DNA from: Chiloscyllium plagiosum
Taxonomy: Eukaryota
Assembly: GCF_004010195.1 (NCBI RefSeq)
Contig: NC_057718.1
Span: 95,074,003-95,138,002 of the forward strand
DNA: 64,000 nt
Direction of reading: 5' to 3'
Shown one piece after another: positions 1 through 13,692 of the stretch (position 1 is the stretch's first letter; the number at the start of each line of letters is the position of its first letter). A program made the position numbers and the translations under genes. The notes beneath the pieces were generated by a model. The model saw only the letters and a list, made by a program, of their open reading frames with translations, did no database searches and was not told where the DNA came from.

Positions 1-181
1 AGTCATTTTAACTTAGGATTAAGTTGTTTAAATGTAATATTACACAACTAATTGAGTTACTAAACTATTATAAATGATTTGGTGAGCTTGGTAGGGGGTA
101 GGTGACCCACTGTGCCCAAGTCTTGGGAGGAGCACTATAGACTCAGTCTTACTGGGTCGCCGCCATCTTGGATCCCCCCCC
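1..181 (-). mobile_element. 5' end (5' UTR plus probable ORF1 start) of an L1 LINE running off the left window edge, inserted into a CR1
   Basis: Minus strand begins GGGGGGGGATCCAAGATGGCGGCG, matching the 5' terminus of the L1 at 14990 (GGGATCCAAGATGGTGGC). An ATG ACT sits at 6-1 on minus. CR1 RT sequence resumes immediately at 182. Confidence 0.7.
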
Positions 182-1745
182 GGGCAGGTCATGCTTAACT
201 AATATTTTGGAATTCTATGAAGACATTATGAGCACGGTGGACAATGGGGAAACAGTAGATGTGACGTATTTGGATTTCCAAAAGGCCTTTGATAAGGCGC
301 CACACATGAGGGTTGCTGCATAAGATAAAGATGCAAGGCATTGTGGGTAACATATTAGCATGGATAGAGGACTGGTTGACTAACAGGAAGCAAAGAGTGG
401 GGATGAACAAGCGCTATTCTGGTTGGCTAGCCATGTGCCTCAAGGATCAGTGTTGGGACTGCAATTATTCACAATTTACATAGATGATTTGGAACTGGGG
501 ACGACATGTAATGTCGAGAGTGTGGTGCTGGAAAAGCACAACCAGTCAGGCAGCATCTGAGGAGGCATAAGGCCTTCATTGGTAATTGAGAGGAGGAGAA
601 CTTCTTGAGTTTGACTCTGATCTCCAATATCGGCAGTCCTCACTTTCTCCTAGTTGAATTCAACCTTACTGCGAAGCCCAAAACCAATACCATTCCTGAA
701 GAAGGGCTCATGCCCGAAACGTCGATTCTCCTGCTCCTTGGATGCTGCCTGACCAACTGTGCGTTTCCAGCAACACACTCTCGACTCTGATCTCCAGTGT
801 TTGTGGTACTCACTTTCACCACATGTAGTGTATCAAAGTTTGCAGATGACACTAAGATCAATAGTCGAGCAAAGTCTGCAGAGGACTGTGAAACTTTGCA
901 GAGGAACATAGAGTGGGCAAAGGTCTGGCAGATGGAATACATAATAAATGTGAAGTCATCCATTTTGGTGGGAGTAACAGTAAAAAGGATTATTACTTGA
1001 ACGGTAAGAAATTGCAGCATGCTGCTGCACAGAGGGACCTGGGTGTCCTTGTGCATGAATCACAAAAGGTTGGTCTGCAGGTACAACAGGTAATTAAGAA
1101 GGCAAATGGAGTTTTGTCCCTCATTACTAAAGGGACTGAGTTTAAAAGCAGGGAGGTTATGTTGCAGCTGTAAAGGGTGCTGGTGAGGCCACATCTGGAG
1201 TGCTGCATGCAGGTTTGGTCTCCTTTCTTGAGAAAGGATACACTGGCACTGGAAGGAGTGCACAGGAGGCTCACGAGGTTGATTCTGCAGTTGAGTTGGT
1301 TGGCTTATGAGGAGAGACTGAGTAGACTGGGATTATATTCATTGGAATTTAGCAGAATGAGGGGGGATCTTATAGAAACACATCAAATTATGAAGGGAAT
1401 ACATAAGGTAGACATAGAGAGTATGTTCCCACTGGCGGGTGAAACTAGGGCAAGAGGACATAGCCTAAAGAGTAGGGGGAGCAGATGAATTGAGAAGGAA
1501 TTTCTTCACCCAGAAGGTTGCGAATCTGTGGAATTCCCTGCCCAGGGAAGCAGTTGACGCTACTTCAGTCGATGTTTTAAAGCTAAGAAAGATATTTTTA
1601 AACAATGAAGGAATTAAGGGTTATGGTGAGTGGGCGGGTAAGTGGAGCTGAGGCCATGAAAAGATCAGCCATGATGTTATTGAATGGCAAAGCAGGCTCA
1701 AGGGGCCAGACGGCCTACTCCTGCTCCTAGTTCTTATGTTTTCTA
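182..1745 (+). mobile_element. CR1 LINE 3' part (decayed RT and 3' UTR), interrupted at 515-817
   Basis: Motifs GRSCLTN, YLDFQKAFDK, SKFADDTK, KCEVIHFG, LVRPHLE, RMRGDLIET, and the typical CR1 tail (GGCCTACTCCTGCTCCTAGTTCTTATGTT). Confidence 0.92.
515..817. mobile_element. Penelope-like pseudo-LTR insertion (inverted arrangement) with a hammerhead core at 696-723
   Basis: Arms GTGTGGTGCTGGAAAAGCAC... and ...TTTCCAGCAACACACTC are inverted. Imperfect 14-bp TSD ACGACATGTAATGT (501-514) / ACCACATGTAGTGT (818-831). Core CTGAAGA-A-GGGC-TCAT-GCCC-GAAACGTC. Confidence 0.75.
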
Positions 1746-2489
1746 TGCCAAGTCTAAGCTACCCATGGAGCTGTGATTAATGACGGCAATGTCAACCTTA
1801 GAAAATTATGGGAAGTCAAATTACTGTACAGTCATCCAGCTTTGTGGTTATAGTTATCAGCTCCAAATCCCACAACCTGATCCCTCTTAAGAAGGAATGT
1901 TATTTGTTGTTCATGGTGTAAACTGGGAGCTATAGTGTCAGCTCCAGATGATATTATGGTGTTCTAGTCATGACCGAGCAGAAGACCAGTCCTATAGTTA
2001 CATCTCACTGACTGTGGTGACAAATTCATGACTAACCCTGCATGGCTCATTACACTCTGAGAGGTATACCCTGATTTACATTCATGCCAATGAATGCCTG
2101 TCACCACATGGTGGCAGTAGAAGACCTTTGTTCGACTTTATTGAGCCTCTATAAAGAATTGTACAAAAAGGATGAGCGATATCAAAGTTCTGAGTTAACA
2201 ATGCCTCATTTTTTGCAATCCCTAAATATTTGAATTGTTTTCTGGAAACAAATCTATCTCAATTTGATTGGGAACCTACAGCTCATTCCATCGGATTACG
2301 ATGTACAACAGCTGAAGCCAGATCTCATCGTATTTAGTTCTGATTAAATACAGTTGTCACACATTTTGCTGTGCAAATCCCTTTGGCATTACAGTTATTA
2401 TAGATGGTCTGCCTAAAACAGACTCACAGTACCTATGTCGCAACGCAGTAACGCACCAAATTTAAGGAATGAGACCACTTGAAATAAGT

Positions 2490-2610
2490 TGATGCTGCAG
2501 ATATTGGAAACCTGACACCAGCACAGAGAATGCTGGAGAAACTCAGCAGTTCCGTGGAGAGAAAAAGCGAGCTAACGTTTTGAGTCTAGTATCACTCTCT
2601 TTAGAAACCT
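2490..2610. mobile_element. Degenerate Penelope-like pseudo-LTR fragment
   Basis: GATGCTG...AGAGAATGCTGGAGAAACTCAGCAG...GAGCTAACGTTTTGAG resembles the copies at 18915-19055 and 22520-22737. Confidence 0.5.
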
Positions 2611-3269
2611 CTTAAATAGTCTTCTTCTGAGCTTTTTTAATTTTAAATAGGCACTAGTTTCAAGAAAAAGTTGGCTATTTTAAAAGGGAAACTTGCTTCA
2701 TTGCCATAAGTGGCATTTAATTGTCATCATTATCATGCAATGATACCTGTCTAATTTTATGATGTCCTGACCTTTGGTTAAAACAAAATCAGCAAAGCTC
2801 ATTCATTACATGAAGCTAGTGCTTCTATTATCTGACACCCAGGTGTCAACATGCATCACACTTTCCTAAAGTCAGTGTCACTCCATTTTGTATTGCAGAA
2901 TCATAGAATATCGACAGTGTCTTGCAACCAATTAATGTTTGTTATAATTTCTAACAGATCATAACAGTTACTTAAATGTTTACATGCTATAACATCCTAT
3001 ATAAAATGAATCAGATATTCTAAAGTCACAGAGCTGAATTAAAAACCTTTTTCCCTTTTTGGGTACTAAATAGACTCCAGCTTAATGTCATATTCTGTAG
3101 GACTCTCCCCTTAACCAGCACATCCAAGAGTAACATGATATAAGCATGGAATTAACTGTCTCCAAAAATCTACTGTAGGTTTAACAGTATCACACAAAAA
3201 AAATCAAATATCACTGATGCATATTTTTATAAGGTGTCGGTTTGCATTTTAACTCTTCATCTATTGAAT

Positions 3270-3612
3270 CTATCTACCAGGCCCCGCTGTCAAGGGAAGG
3301 CCACCAGCATTCTTAAAGATCCATCCCACCCTGGCAATGTTTTTCTACAACCTCTAACACTGGGGAGAAGGTACAGAAGCTTGTACACACATACCAACTG
3401 GTTTTGCAACAGTTTCTACCCTACTGTTGTTAGAATACTGAATGGACTCACAAACTCCTAATATTCGCCTATACCTCTGTTTTTGTTTTTGCTGCTGTTT
3501 ACCTATTATTTACTATCTCTGCTAACACTGTGATCTGCCTGTATTGCTCACAAGACAAAGCTTTTCACTGTGCCTCAGTACACGTGACAATAAATTAAAT
3601 TCAATTCAATTC
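3270..3612 (+). mobile_element. Rex1/Babar-type LINE 3' fragment
   Basis: KATSILKDPSHPG...GRRYRSL...NSFYPTVVRILN C-terminal motif and (ATTCA)n tail. Same family as 48770-49543. Confidence 0.8.
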
Positions 3613-4298
3613 AGAATTTGTCACTTACCTAACAATCAGTAAAAATAGCTTTATTCTCTGGTCTAACTTGGGGCCATTTATTTTTGGAATATCAATGGTT
3701 TCACAGCTGGGACTATACACAAAACAGCTTATTTGAATGGTCGTTCCCACTGTCCATGTTGAATACTACAACCTACTGACTACCTTTACAGAAATCTGCA
3801 TGTTGAAATTGAAATTGGCTTGTGTGTTATTCTACGGGCAGTCCCCAGGTTGCAAACAGGTTCCATTCCTGCGTACGTTGTACACAATTCAAAGCACAGC
3901 ACAGGACATTATGAAATAGCTGTTCAAAAATATGGAATAACATTTGCATGTCACATCTTTGAAATGAATATTAATACACACCTGCCTGTGCTCTTGTTTG
4001 TAAATTTGACATTCATTAACTGAGGAAATTAGTTACCCTGGAAATCAAGTATTCTCACAAAGTTGTAGATTCTAGGTCTCCAGTAAATCCTCAAGATGTC
4101 AGCCTTGCCTCAGTGACAGCATTCTTGTTTTTCAGCTAGAAAGCTGCATCTTATCACATACTCTGAGCTGACACTTCAGTTCAGTGCATATTTAGTCATT
4201 CAGCCAATGCAGATCTCTGGATTCAAGCCATCACCTCTTTGTTTTCTCAATTTACGGTGAACCACTCTGATAGGGAAAATGCTGACATCTGGAGTCTT

Positions 4299-4582
4299 GT
4301 AGCACTGCTGCCTCACAGCGCCCGGGACCCAAGTTTGATTCCACCATCTGGTGACTGTGTGGAGTTTGCACATTCCTCCCATGTCTATATGGGATTCCTC
4401 CAGGTGCTCTGGCTTTCTCCCATAGTCTAAAGAGGTGTAGATTAGATGGATTGACCAAGGGGAATGCAAGATTACAGGGATAAGGTAGAGGTGTGGGTCT
4501 GATTGGGATGCTCTTCAGATGGTCAGGGTGGACTCGATGGGCCAAATGGCCTACTTCCACACTGTTGGGATTCTATGATTCT
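4299..4582 (+). mobile_element. HE1-like tRNA-derived V-SINE, 5'-truncated
   Basis: CACTGCTGCCTCACAGCGCC...TGTGTGGAGTTTGCACATTC core and a CR1-type tail. Confidence 0.8.
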
Positions 4583-5060
4583 GTAAACAATGAGGTGCTT
4601 GAGTTACACAGATGAGTCAGAGAAGTTGGGATGTTCTCTTTACAGAAGTTAAGAGTCGATAGATATATGCAAAATTGTTAGTGGTTTGGACAGATTAGAT
4701 AGGGAGAAACTGTTCCTATTAGCTCACCATTGGGAACGAGAGTTGGGAACAGATTTAAGATACTGCCAAAAGTGACATGAAGACAGAGAGTATGGTTAAG
4801 ATCTCAAATGCATTGCCTGAGACTGAGCAGGAGGCAGGATGAGTTGAGATACTGAGGAGGGAAGAATGTGCAGGGTTACAGGGATAGAAGGCAGGCAAAT
4901 GGTACAGGGTAAACTGCTCACCTGGAGAGCCAGTTCAGACTGGGTGAGCTGAATGCCCGCCTTCCACACTCTATGATTGGGTAGTTATCCAGGGGTAAGT
5001 TAAGGGGAGAGGTGCGTGGGTTTCTTTTACTGAAAATGCGAGCCTCTAGAAGGAGATTGC

Positions 5061-5340
5061 GGGACGGTACGGTGGCTCAGTGGTTAGCACTGCTGCCTCA
5101 CAGCACCAGGGTCCCAGGTTTGATTCTGGCCTTGGGACCTGTCTGTGTGGAGTTTGCACATTCTCCCTGTGTCTGTGTGGGTTTCCTCTGGGTGCTCCGG
5201 TTTCCTCCCACAGTCCAAAGATGAGCAGGTTAGGTGAATTGGCCATGCTAAATTGGCCATAGTGTTAGCTGCATTAGTCAAAGGGTCTGGGTGGGTTATT
5301 CTTCGGAGGGTCGGTGTGGACTTGTTGAGCTGAAGGCCAA
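5061..5340 (+). mobile_element. HE1-like V-SINE
   Basis: A-box GGTGGCTCAGTGG, B-box-like GGTTTGATTC, and the V-domain GTGTGGAGTTTGCACATTCTCCC. Confidence 0.85.
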
Positions 5341-6865
5341 TTTAATCAAATGCTGTTACCATTTCCACCATTAATACACAAAGTGATTTTGTCGAAGGAT
5401 CAAGATGTGTGTGAATCTTAGTGTCCTTTCATAACCCACCCAAACATTAGCATTAAATACAGGTAACATACATTTCATAGGAACAGGAGGAGGCTATTCA
5501 GCCCTGCCAGTCTGTTCTGCCATTCAATCTGATAATGGCAGATCTGTGATCTAACTCTATAAACCTGCCTTTGGCCTATACCCCTTCTTAACAAAACTTT
5601 ATCCATCTCAGATTTAAAATTGTCACCAGATTCAGCAATTACTACCGTTTGTGGAAGAGATTGTTGCCCTCCTGAATGATCTCGCCCTAATCCTCAGACA
5701 ATACCCCTCTGCCCCTCAAGTTATATCATAAAGACATGTCTGGCATCTGTGGCTTTCCTGTTGAGTAATAAACCAAAGGTAAAACTTGCTACTTTGTGAT
5801 AAATGAATAGTTTATATCAGTGACACATTATTTTAAAAGTCTGCATAAATCCACCTGCTTCCTGTTGAAATACCTTAAAGGTGCAGGATTTTTGGTTTTG
5901 GATCAGGGTCACAAACGCACGCTGTTTGGGAAATAGATGGAAGTAACTTGCTTCAAAATGGCCAATTATTGGCCAGAAGGTTGGACTTTGTTCAATTAAA
6001 TGTGGAAGGTTTCATGAAGGTGGAATACCAAGTACACATTTACCTTTGGGTTAATGGACAGACTGGGATATCTAACCCAGATTTTTATTGTTGACAAATC
6101 CAGAGGCTGGATTCAGCCAGTTCCAGCAGCCTTGTTCCCAAGTTCGTGCAAGAGAGTAAGAGGATATACTTCGACGAATAAAGGAGCCTATTCTGTTCCA
6201 GCCAGATTTAGAGTGTGATTTCAGTTTCCCTGAGCAGCCAGCAATTTTGCACTGAATACAGTGTTGTACAGTGTTGACTGAAAGAATGGATAATACCGAC
6301 CCTCCAGTTCTCATGCATCTTGCGTGTGACTTATGCATTTTTCTTTGTAAAGCCTTTTGTGCCCAATTTGTTTTCTCATGAACATACCCTAACACGCACT
6401 AAAGCATTTGCTTGCAAGGTTTGGATAACCCATTTTGCACCCTGTTTTCTTTTTAAAATCTGTTTTAATTTCCTCTGGAGAAATATTGGATGCTCCTATC
6501 TATTCAAAATATGTTTTATCATTTGCATCTATAGTTCTTGCAAGCAAGGGTTGAATGTATTTTCACAGTTAGTCTCTTTGTATCTTTCACAATCTCATTA
6601 AGTTTTAAATTCCTCAGGCACTTTAATTTGACTGGAGACTTAACATAGCTTGATCTTCAAATGCATTGCTATTAGAAACCAACCCGAGATTGATTTTTCC
6701 TTTTATAATCACATAATTGCTGAAACAATTAATCATTTCAGATATTGCAAATAACTGTTTTGTGAAATCATTTATTTAAGATCCATGAAATTGTTGATTG
6801 AATCAGCCAGAATAATGGTAAAGCAGTTATTTTGCTTGCATTACACTGGGGTTTGCTTTTTGGAT

Positions 6866-7227
6866 TTTTAAAAATTATCTCACAGGATGAGAGCGTGACT
6901 GGCTGGGCCAGCATTTATTACCCATCCCAAATTAACCAGAGGGAAATTGAGAATCAATCACATTGCTGTGTGCCTGGAGTCACAATGTAGGCCAGACCAT
7001 GTAAGGATAGCAGATTTCCTTCCCTAAAAATCATTAGTGAAGCAGATGGATTTTTCCCCCATCAATCAACAATGGATTCATAGTCATTATTAGACTCTTA
7101 ATGCCAGGTTTTAGTGAATTCACATTCCACCCTCTGCTGCAGTGGGATTTGAACCTAGTCTTCAGCACGTTACCTGGGTCTTAGGGTTAATAGTCGTGCG
7201 ATAATACCACTAGGCTATCACCTCCCC
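6866..7227 (-). mobile_element. tRNA-derived SINE (second family, with a CR1-like LINE tail)
   Basis: Reverse complement of the family at 58850-59172. Tail on minus reads GGGATGGGTAATAAATGCTGGCCCAGCCAG. Confidence 0.75.
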
Positions 7228-7540
7228 CAGATAAGGAATTTCTAGCCATGGGAAAGTCAGCTAATACCACCCTTGGGCCTAGGGTGTTATCTGTTTGTGC
7301 TGATTATTACTACTGGCACCTTGTGTTATCGCCAACTCTGCCAGTAGATGGTAGTTTGAGATAGTTAGCTGTTCTCCTTTGACTAACCTGGGACTGGGGC
7401 CAATCTAATGATCAGTGGTAGAGGATACACCACTGCACAATCTTCACAGAAGATGCACTGTTCTTGATTAACAAGGTGATTTATTGCTTGACAGCAATAA
7501 GTGGAACAACATTGCATGTTTGATATAATTACCAGGACAC

Positions 7541-9105
7541 TCAGGAGCTGATTCACAATACATCTGTTCCCTTTGAAGGCTAGTGTAGCCTATCAACAGC
7601 TGTAGACTGTGTGGGACATCAACAGAATGGGTTAACTCAATATAACATGAACATTAAATGCTTCAAATCCAGTGCTTTGTACAACATGTTTCCCAAGTTT
7701 TTTTTTCCCCAGTGGCAAATCCATTTTATAATCTATCCAGGTACATATGACAATAATAAATCAAATCATATCAAAACAAATAATCATATATATCAATGTA
7801 TAACCTTTACCATTATCCCCATTTCTGCCAAGGCTCTGACTTCACATATACAAGTGCTCTGGATATTTCACTTTATTTTACTTTATCTTATTTATTTTGC
7901 TTTCCCAGAACACTCTCTCTTTGGATTCGGAAGAAGGTTGGTCTCACGCTTGAGAACTGTTGACCTTGATTCTGATCTGTGGATCATTTCTGTGCAGGAT
8001 ATCCTTTAGTGGAGGATGTCCATCCTGGAAAACCTAGCTGTTGGTGCATTACCTTTCCTGGAGTAGCTTGAATTTTCCTAAATCCCTTTCGCAAAAGATC
8101 TCCTCCATGCTAACTCAAATAGTTGACTGGTAACATTATCTGGTAACATTAATCTTGTGAATGCTCATCCTGGAAGACAGCAGCTCTATTGAATTAATAC
8201 CTTCTTCCTTATGGAATCTGGATTTCCGAAACAGGCAATGTTTTTGATTTAGAGTCATAGATTCATACAGCTCAGAAAACAGACTCTGCCCTCCAACTCA
8301 CCCCAATCTGTCCCATTTGCCAGCATTTGGCCCGTATCCCACTAAACCTTTCCTATTCCTGCACTCATCCAGTTGCCTCTTAAATGTTGTAATTGTACCC
8401 ATGTACAAAGTCTCTTTTTTGCAGAATCCTAGGTGCTTAAACTGAGCAAATTATTCTTGACTATGTCTTTCATATGTGGGATGTTGGTTCAATTCACATA
8501 GCATTATATGCAGCTCATCTTCCCCAACCTTTTGCTTGTGTAGGGCATCTACAGTTAACCTCAATGGTTGGAAACAGATTCTAAGTTGTGTTACCTGAGG
8601 TTTACTACTTGTTTAACATTATCTTTGTCACTGGCATTGATAACTCTGCCATGTCAATATATCCCCCGGACTGTTCTGCTGTCTGAACAACATCAGGAGC
8701 TGATTCACAATACATCTGTTCCCTTTGAAGGCTAGTGTAGCCTGTCTACAGCTGTAGACTGTGTCGGACATCAACAGTATGGGTGCAGCTCAATGTAACA
8801 TGAACATCAAATGCTTCAAATCCAATGCTTTATATAGTATCTTTCCCAAGTTTTTTTTTCTCCCCCACAGTGGCAAATACATTTTATAATCTATCTAGGT
8901 ACATGTGCAATAATACATCAAATCATATCAAAACAAAAATCATGTATGACAGAGTATAACCCCTATACCCATTTCTGCCAAGGCTCTGACTTCACATATA
9001 CAAGTTCTTAGGATATTTCACTTTGTTTTACTTTATCTTATTTATTTTGCTTTCCCAGAACACAATATATCCTCCAGACTGCTGTACTCTCTGAATAACA
9101 TCAGG
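7541..9105. repeat. Local duplication: 7541-7913 matches 8693-9063, and 8655-8697 matches 9063-9105 (period about 408 bp)
   Basis: Direct alignment of TCAGGAGCTGATTCACAATACATCTG...TTTCCCAGAACAC in both copies. Confidence 0.9.
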
Positions 9106-9162
9106 TAAGGATTCATGAATGAGATTAAATAAGTTGTACTGTTTATTCTTGTTCTCAGTACT

Positions 9163-12100
9163 TTTTTTAATATAAATATTTTTATTGAAAAGCTTTTTAA
9201 AATCTTTTACAAAACATTTATGTATAAAGAAAAAAACTCCATCAAAACAAAAAAAAAGGTACAAAGAATAAGGCCATAACATAGTACCATTGTTACTAAA
9301 CAACCCACTATTCTACCAAAATAAACCGACCTACTTAACTAAAACTAAACTGCAAACATTTTGAATAAATACTAGTTTAAATTACATTCAAGTTACTTAA
9401 ATTAAATGATATCTTACTCATCACACCTCCACTGAGGCTCCCATCCCTGGGAATACCCCCTACAGTACCCATATTCTTTTCCATCCAGTCTCCTCCTCCC
9501 GGGACCCACGGGTGCCCATGCAGAGTCCCACGGCTATACCACAGCCCTAATTAATATTGCCAACAAGTCAGTCTCAATATAATTTAAAAAGGGCTGCCAC
9601 ATCCTATAAAACTGCTCCGTTTTGCGGTGCACCATATTTGTGAGGTAATCTCTGGGGAGATGCTCCATCACCAGCTTACGCCACCCCATAAGACCTGGTG
9701 GTTTTTCTGACGTCCAATTTAGTAAAATGTTCTTCCTCACACAATGGGCAAGGATATTACACAGTATCTTCCCATGTTCCCCCAGAGAGGGCAAATTTGG
9801 CAGCCCCAAAAGAAGAATTACTGGATCCATGTTAATTTCAATCCCCCAAATGTCCTTTAACTCCCTTACTATAGCACTCCAATATCTTTGGATCTTGCAA
9901 CATGTCCAATAACAATGTTATTGTTAATATTAATTTTACATTTGGGACATTCTAGTGACACTCCTCTCTTAAACTGAGCTGGCCTCTCTGGTGCCATATG
10001 ACCACTGTGTAAGATCGTCAACTGCATAGCCTGTGCTCTGTTACATACTGAAATTTTCCTTACATTCCCCCAGATACCTTCCCATATCTCCGGTGAACTG
10101 TCCTGTCCTAACTCTCGGTTCCATGTCTTACAGAGTCCTTCCATATCCCCCAGAGCATGGCCTTTCTGTAAATGATATAAAGTACTAAGTGAAAGAGTAC
10201 CCACACACCAGAGTACCCTTTCTTCCACATTTTATTTATAACATTGGGCCAGGAGTGTGATCTTCCTCTGTATACAGTCCCTTATCTGGAAGTATCGAAA
10301 AAGGTCCTTATTGGATAATCCATATTTCTGACTTAACTGACTGAATGACATCAGGACCTCTCCCTTGAACAAATCTCCCAAATATAGAATTCCTTTGTTC
10401 TGGGGGATATGGAAGGACTCTGTAAGACATGGAACCATGTCTTAAAGCCGGAGTCCATTGCCCCAGGTTTATATCCTTGGGCTCTTACCAACGGAGTAAA
10501 TGGTGAAGTCTTAAACCAATTGCCCTTGTCTTGCCTCATTATCCTCCAGGCTTTCACTGTATTCAAGATAATTGGACTATTGCATTGTTGGGTCATGGAT
10601 TTCATTTTGTCCATAAATAATGAAGTAATTAGAGGACATTTCGACTGTGAGGCTTCCTTACCAAGCCATATCGATTCTGAATTCTCCCGTAACCAGTCAC
10701 CGACATGTTTACAGAGCACTTAATTGATATTTCTTCAAATTCGGAAGATCTACCCCTTCCTCAGCTTGCAAAAGTTGTAATTTAGTGAATTTAATTAGAG
10801 GATGCCTATGGCACCAAATAAAGGACCCTAGCCAACCATTAATCCTCCATAATACTTGTCTAGATAACAGTAATAGGAGCATTCTCATGGGATATAGCAG
10901 TCAGGGAAGGACATTCATCTTAATCAGAGGAATTTGGCCTTGCCAAGATAACGGTAATCCCTTTCACTGCTGCAAATCCTGTTTTATCCTCTCTAGTAAT
11001 TTATACAGCTGGTGGAAGGAAGGGGTAATAAAAATTCCCAAATACAGAAAACCTTTTGGTGACCACCTAAACGGGAATTGCATTTTATCCTTCAAGTTAG
11101 GCATCTCCACTAAGCCCCCTACCGGCATGGCTTCCAATTTTGTGAAATTGATCCTATAACCCGAGCAACTACCATATGAATTAATTGCTTGGATCAGTCG
11201 GGGAACAGACTTCTCCGAATCGGCCAAGAATAAAAGGACATCGTCAGCATATAGGGTAATCTTACGCACCCCACTTCCCACCTATGGCGCTACTATTTCA
11301 GAGTCTCATCTGATAGTTTGGGCTAACAATTCAATCGCCGAGGTAAATAGTAGCGGTGATAAAGGACACCCCTGTTGGCTACCTCTTCTAATATTAAAAT
11401 TGTTTGACTTAACACTATTTGTAATAACTGCCGCCTTAGGATCCTCATACAATACCGCTACCCATCTGGCCAAGGATCCCCCCAAAACCAAAACACTCCA
11501 GAACCACAAATAGATACAGCCATTCTATCTGATCAAAGGCTTTTTCTGCATCTAAGGAGACCACCAACCCTGGAATCAATCTTTACTGACATACCTGTAC
11601 TGTATTCAGTACTCTCCTAATATTGTTAGAGGAATCTGAGGCCCTTAACAAAACCTGTCTGGTCTTCTTTTATAATGTGGGGCAAAACCTTCTCCAACCT
11701 CAGAGCCAACATCTTCGATAAAAGTTTGAAATCTATATTCAGTCGTGAGATTGGTCTTTGTGAAGTACATCCTTCGGTGGCCTTCCCTTTCTTTAAAATA
11801 AGGGAGATATTAGCTTCCCTAAGAGTAGACGGCAGACAGTTCTGTGTATAAGAGTATTTGTACATCCCCAGAAGTGGTTCCATGAACATGTTTATGAATT
11901 CCTTATAGAATTCAGTTGGGAATCCATCTGGCCCCGGTGCTTTGCCACCTCAGAGATGTCTTACTGCTTCCTGCACTTCCTGTACTGTTAGAGGTGCATT
12001 CAAAAGGGAAGCCTGCTCCTTACTCACATTGGGAGGTCCAGACTTTCAGCTGCATTCCCATTGTACTATGTTTGCTCCCCTCCAACCAACGTGGCTCTTC

Positions 12101-13658
12101 AAAATATTCCCTAAACCTCGCGTTGACCTTTTTCAAATCACGGGTGATCGTACCAGCCTTCTCCTTAACATAGGTAATAGATTGGGAGGCTTTTATCCAC
12201 TTAGCTAAAAATAAGCCAGATATTTACCAGGCCCATCTCCGAATTCGAACAGACTTTGTTTGGCAAAGGAAACCTCTTTTTAGCCACTTGCGAATGTATT
12301 GAGTCGAGGGCAGCCCGGAGAGCTGTGGACCTGCTAAGTTTAACCAATGACGGCTGATTATAATATGTTTTCTCAGCTACCCTCAGTCGGGCCTCCAGCA
12401 ACTCCTGTTGCTCCTCCCTCTGCTTTTTTCTGGTCGTTGAATATGAAATAATCAGACCTCGTAAATATGCCTTAGTGGTCTCCCAAAGTATTGCCGGATT
12501 ACTAACCGTACCTGAATTAATATCCCAAACGGTCCTGAATTTCCTCGTAATATATTCAATAAATTTAACAAAAATGAATCCATGCGCCAGTGACGTGCAT
12601 TTGCTCACTGCCCTTAGCTTTAATATCTAAGTATACTGGCGCATGATCCGAAACAGCTGTATTCCCTACTTTACACCCAAATATTCTGTCCAGAGCATCA
12701 GATGGTATAAAAAACATATCAATTCGCGTATGACATTTGTGTGGGTTGGAATAGAACTTGAAATCTTTTCCGTTAGGGTGGAGATATCTCCACACATCCA
12801 CGAATCCCAACTCATCACACATGTTCACCAACTGTTTGGACTGTGTGGGCATACCTGCCAGGCTCTTTGGTACCCTGTCAATCTCTGGATCTATGGCAAT
12901 TAAAATCTTCGCCAATAGTCATTCAACAAACCCTAAGATTCATTAATTTAGCCATTGCATCAATTAGAAATTTAAGAGGGCGTGCTGGGGGACAATATAT
13001 ATTCAGAACACCATATTCTTCTCCATGTATTAAGGCTTTCAAAATAATAAACCTTTCCTGAAGATCCTTAATCTGCCCCATCACTTGGAAGGGGATGTTC
13101 CTTCTTATCAGTATAGCTACTGAAGTATAGCTTAGAACTGAAGAATGAAAAAAAACACCTTGTCATAACCCCTCTGCTGTCATTTCAGATGTTCCTCATC
13201 AGTTAGGTGCATCTCCTACAGCAGGGCAATATCCACCCTTTCCTTCCTGAGGCTAGACAAAATCTTCTTTCTTTTAATAGGAGAATGGCTCCCTTTCATA
13301 TTCCAGGTGCACCACCTGAACAAATCACTAGCCATAGTCACAGAGGACAGTCCGTGGTTTCCCGGGAGGAAGGAACTTATGTGAGGTGTGACGAGGTACA
13401 AAGATACTAACTATGAAATCTAAAAACTATTCCTATAGAAACAACTACATCTAAAAAAAACACTACATCTAACTGAAACAAATACCCCAATAATCCCCCA
13501 TTTGCTCGAGATTTCCCCCCTGCCCGTAGGGGGCACCCTTCCCAATCCCTATTACCATCATAACTCCCTCTAGCTGAGGCCGTGCCCTAGCCCCAGGCAA
13601 TTCACAAATAATAAAGTCTTGTTATTTACATTCTGAAACACTGGATACCCATAGCACC

Positions 13659-13692
<34 letters not shown>

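Noticed and set aside
5061..5135. tRNA genes at SINE heads
   Set aside because: The A/B boxes belong to tRNA-derived SINEs, have no complete cloverleaf, and run straight into SINE bodies.
6044..6395. Coding-looking unique segment and 107-aa minus ORF
   Set aside because: I found no frame with consistent splice sites and a recognisable domain.
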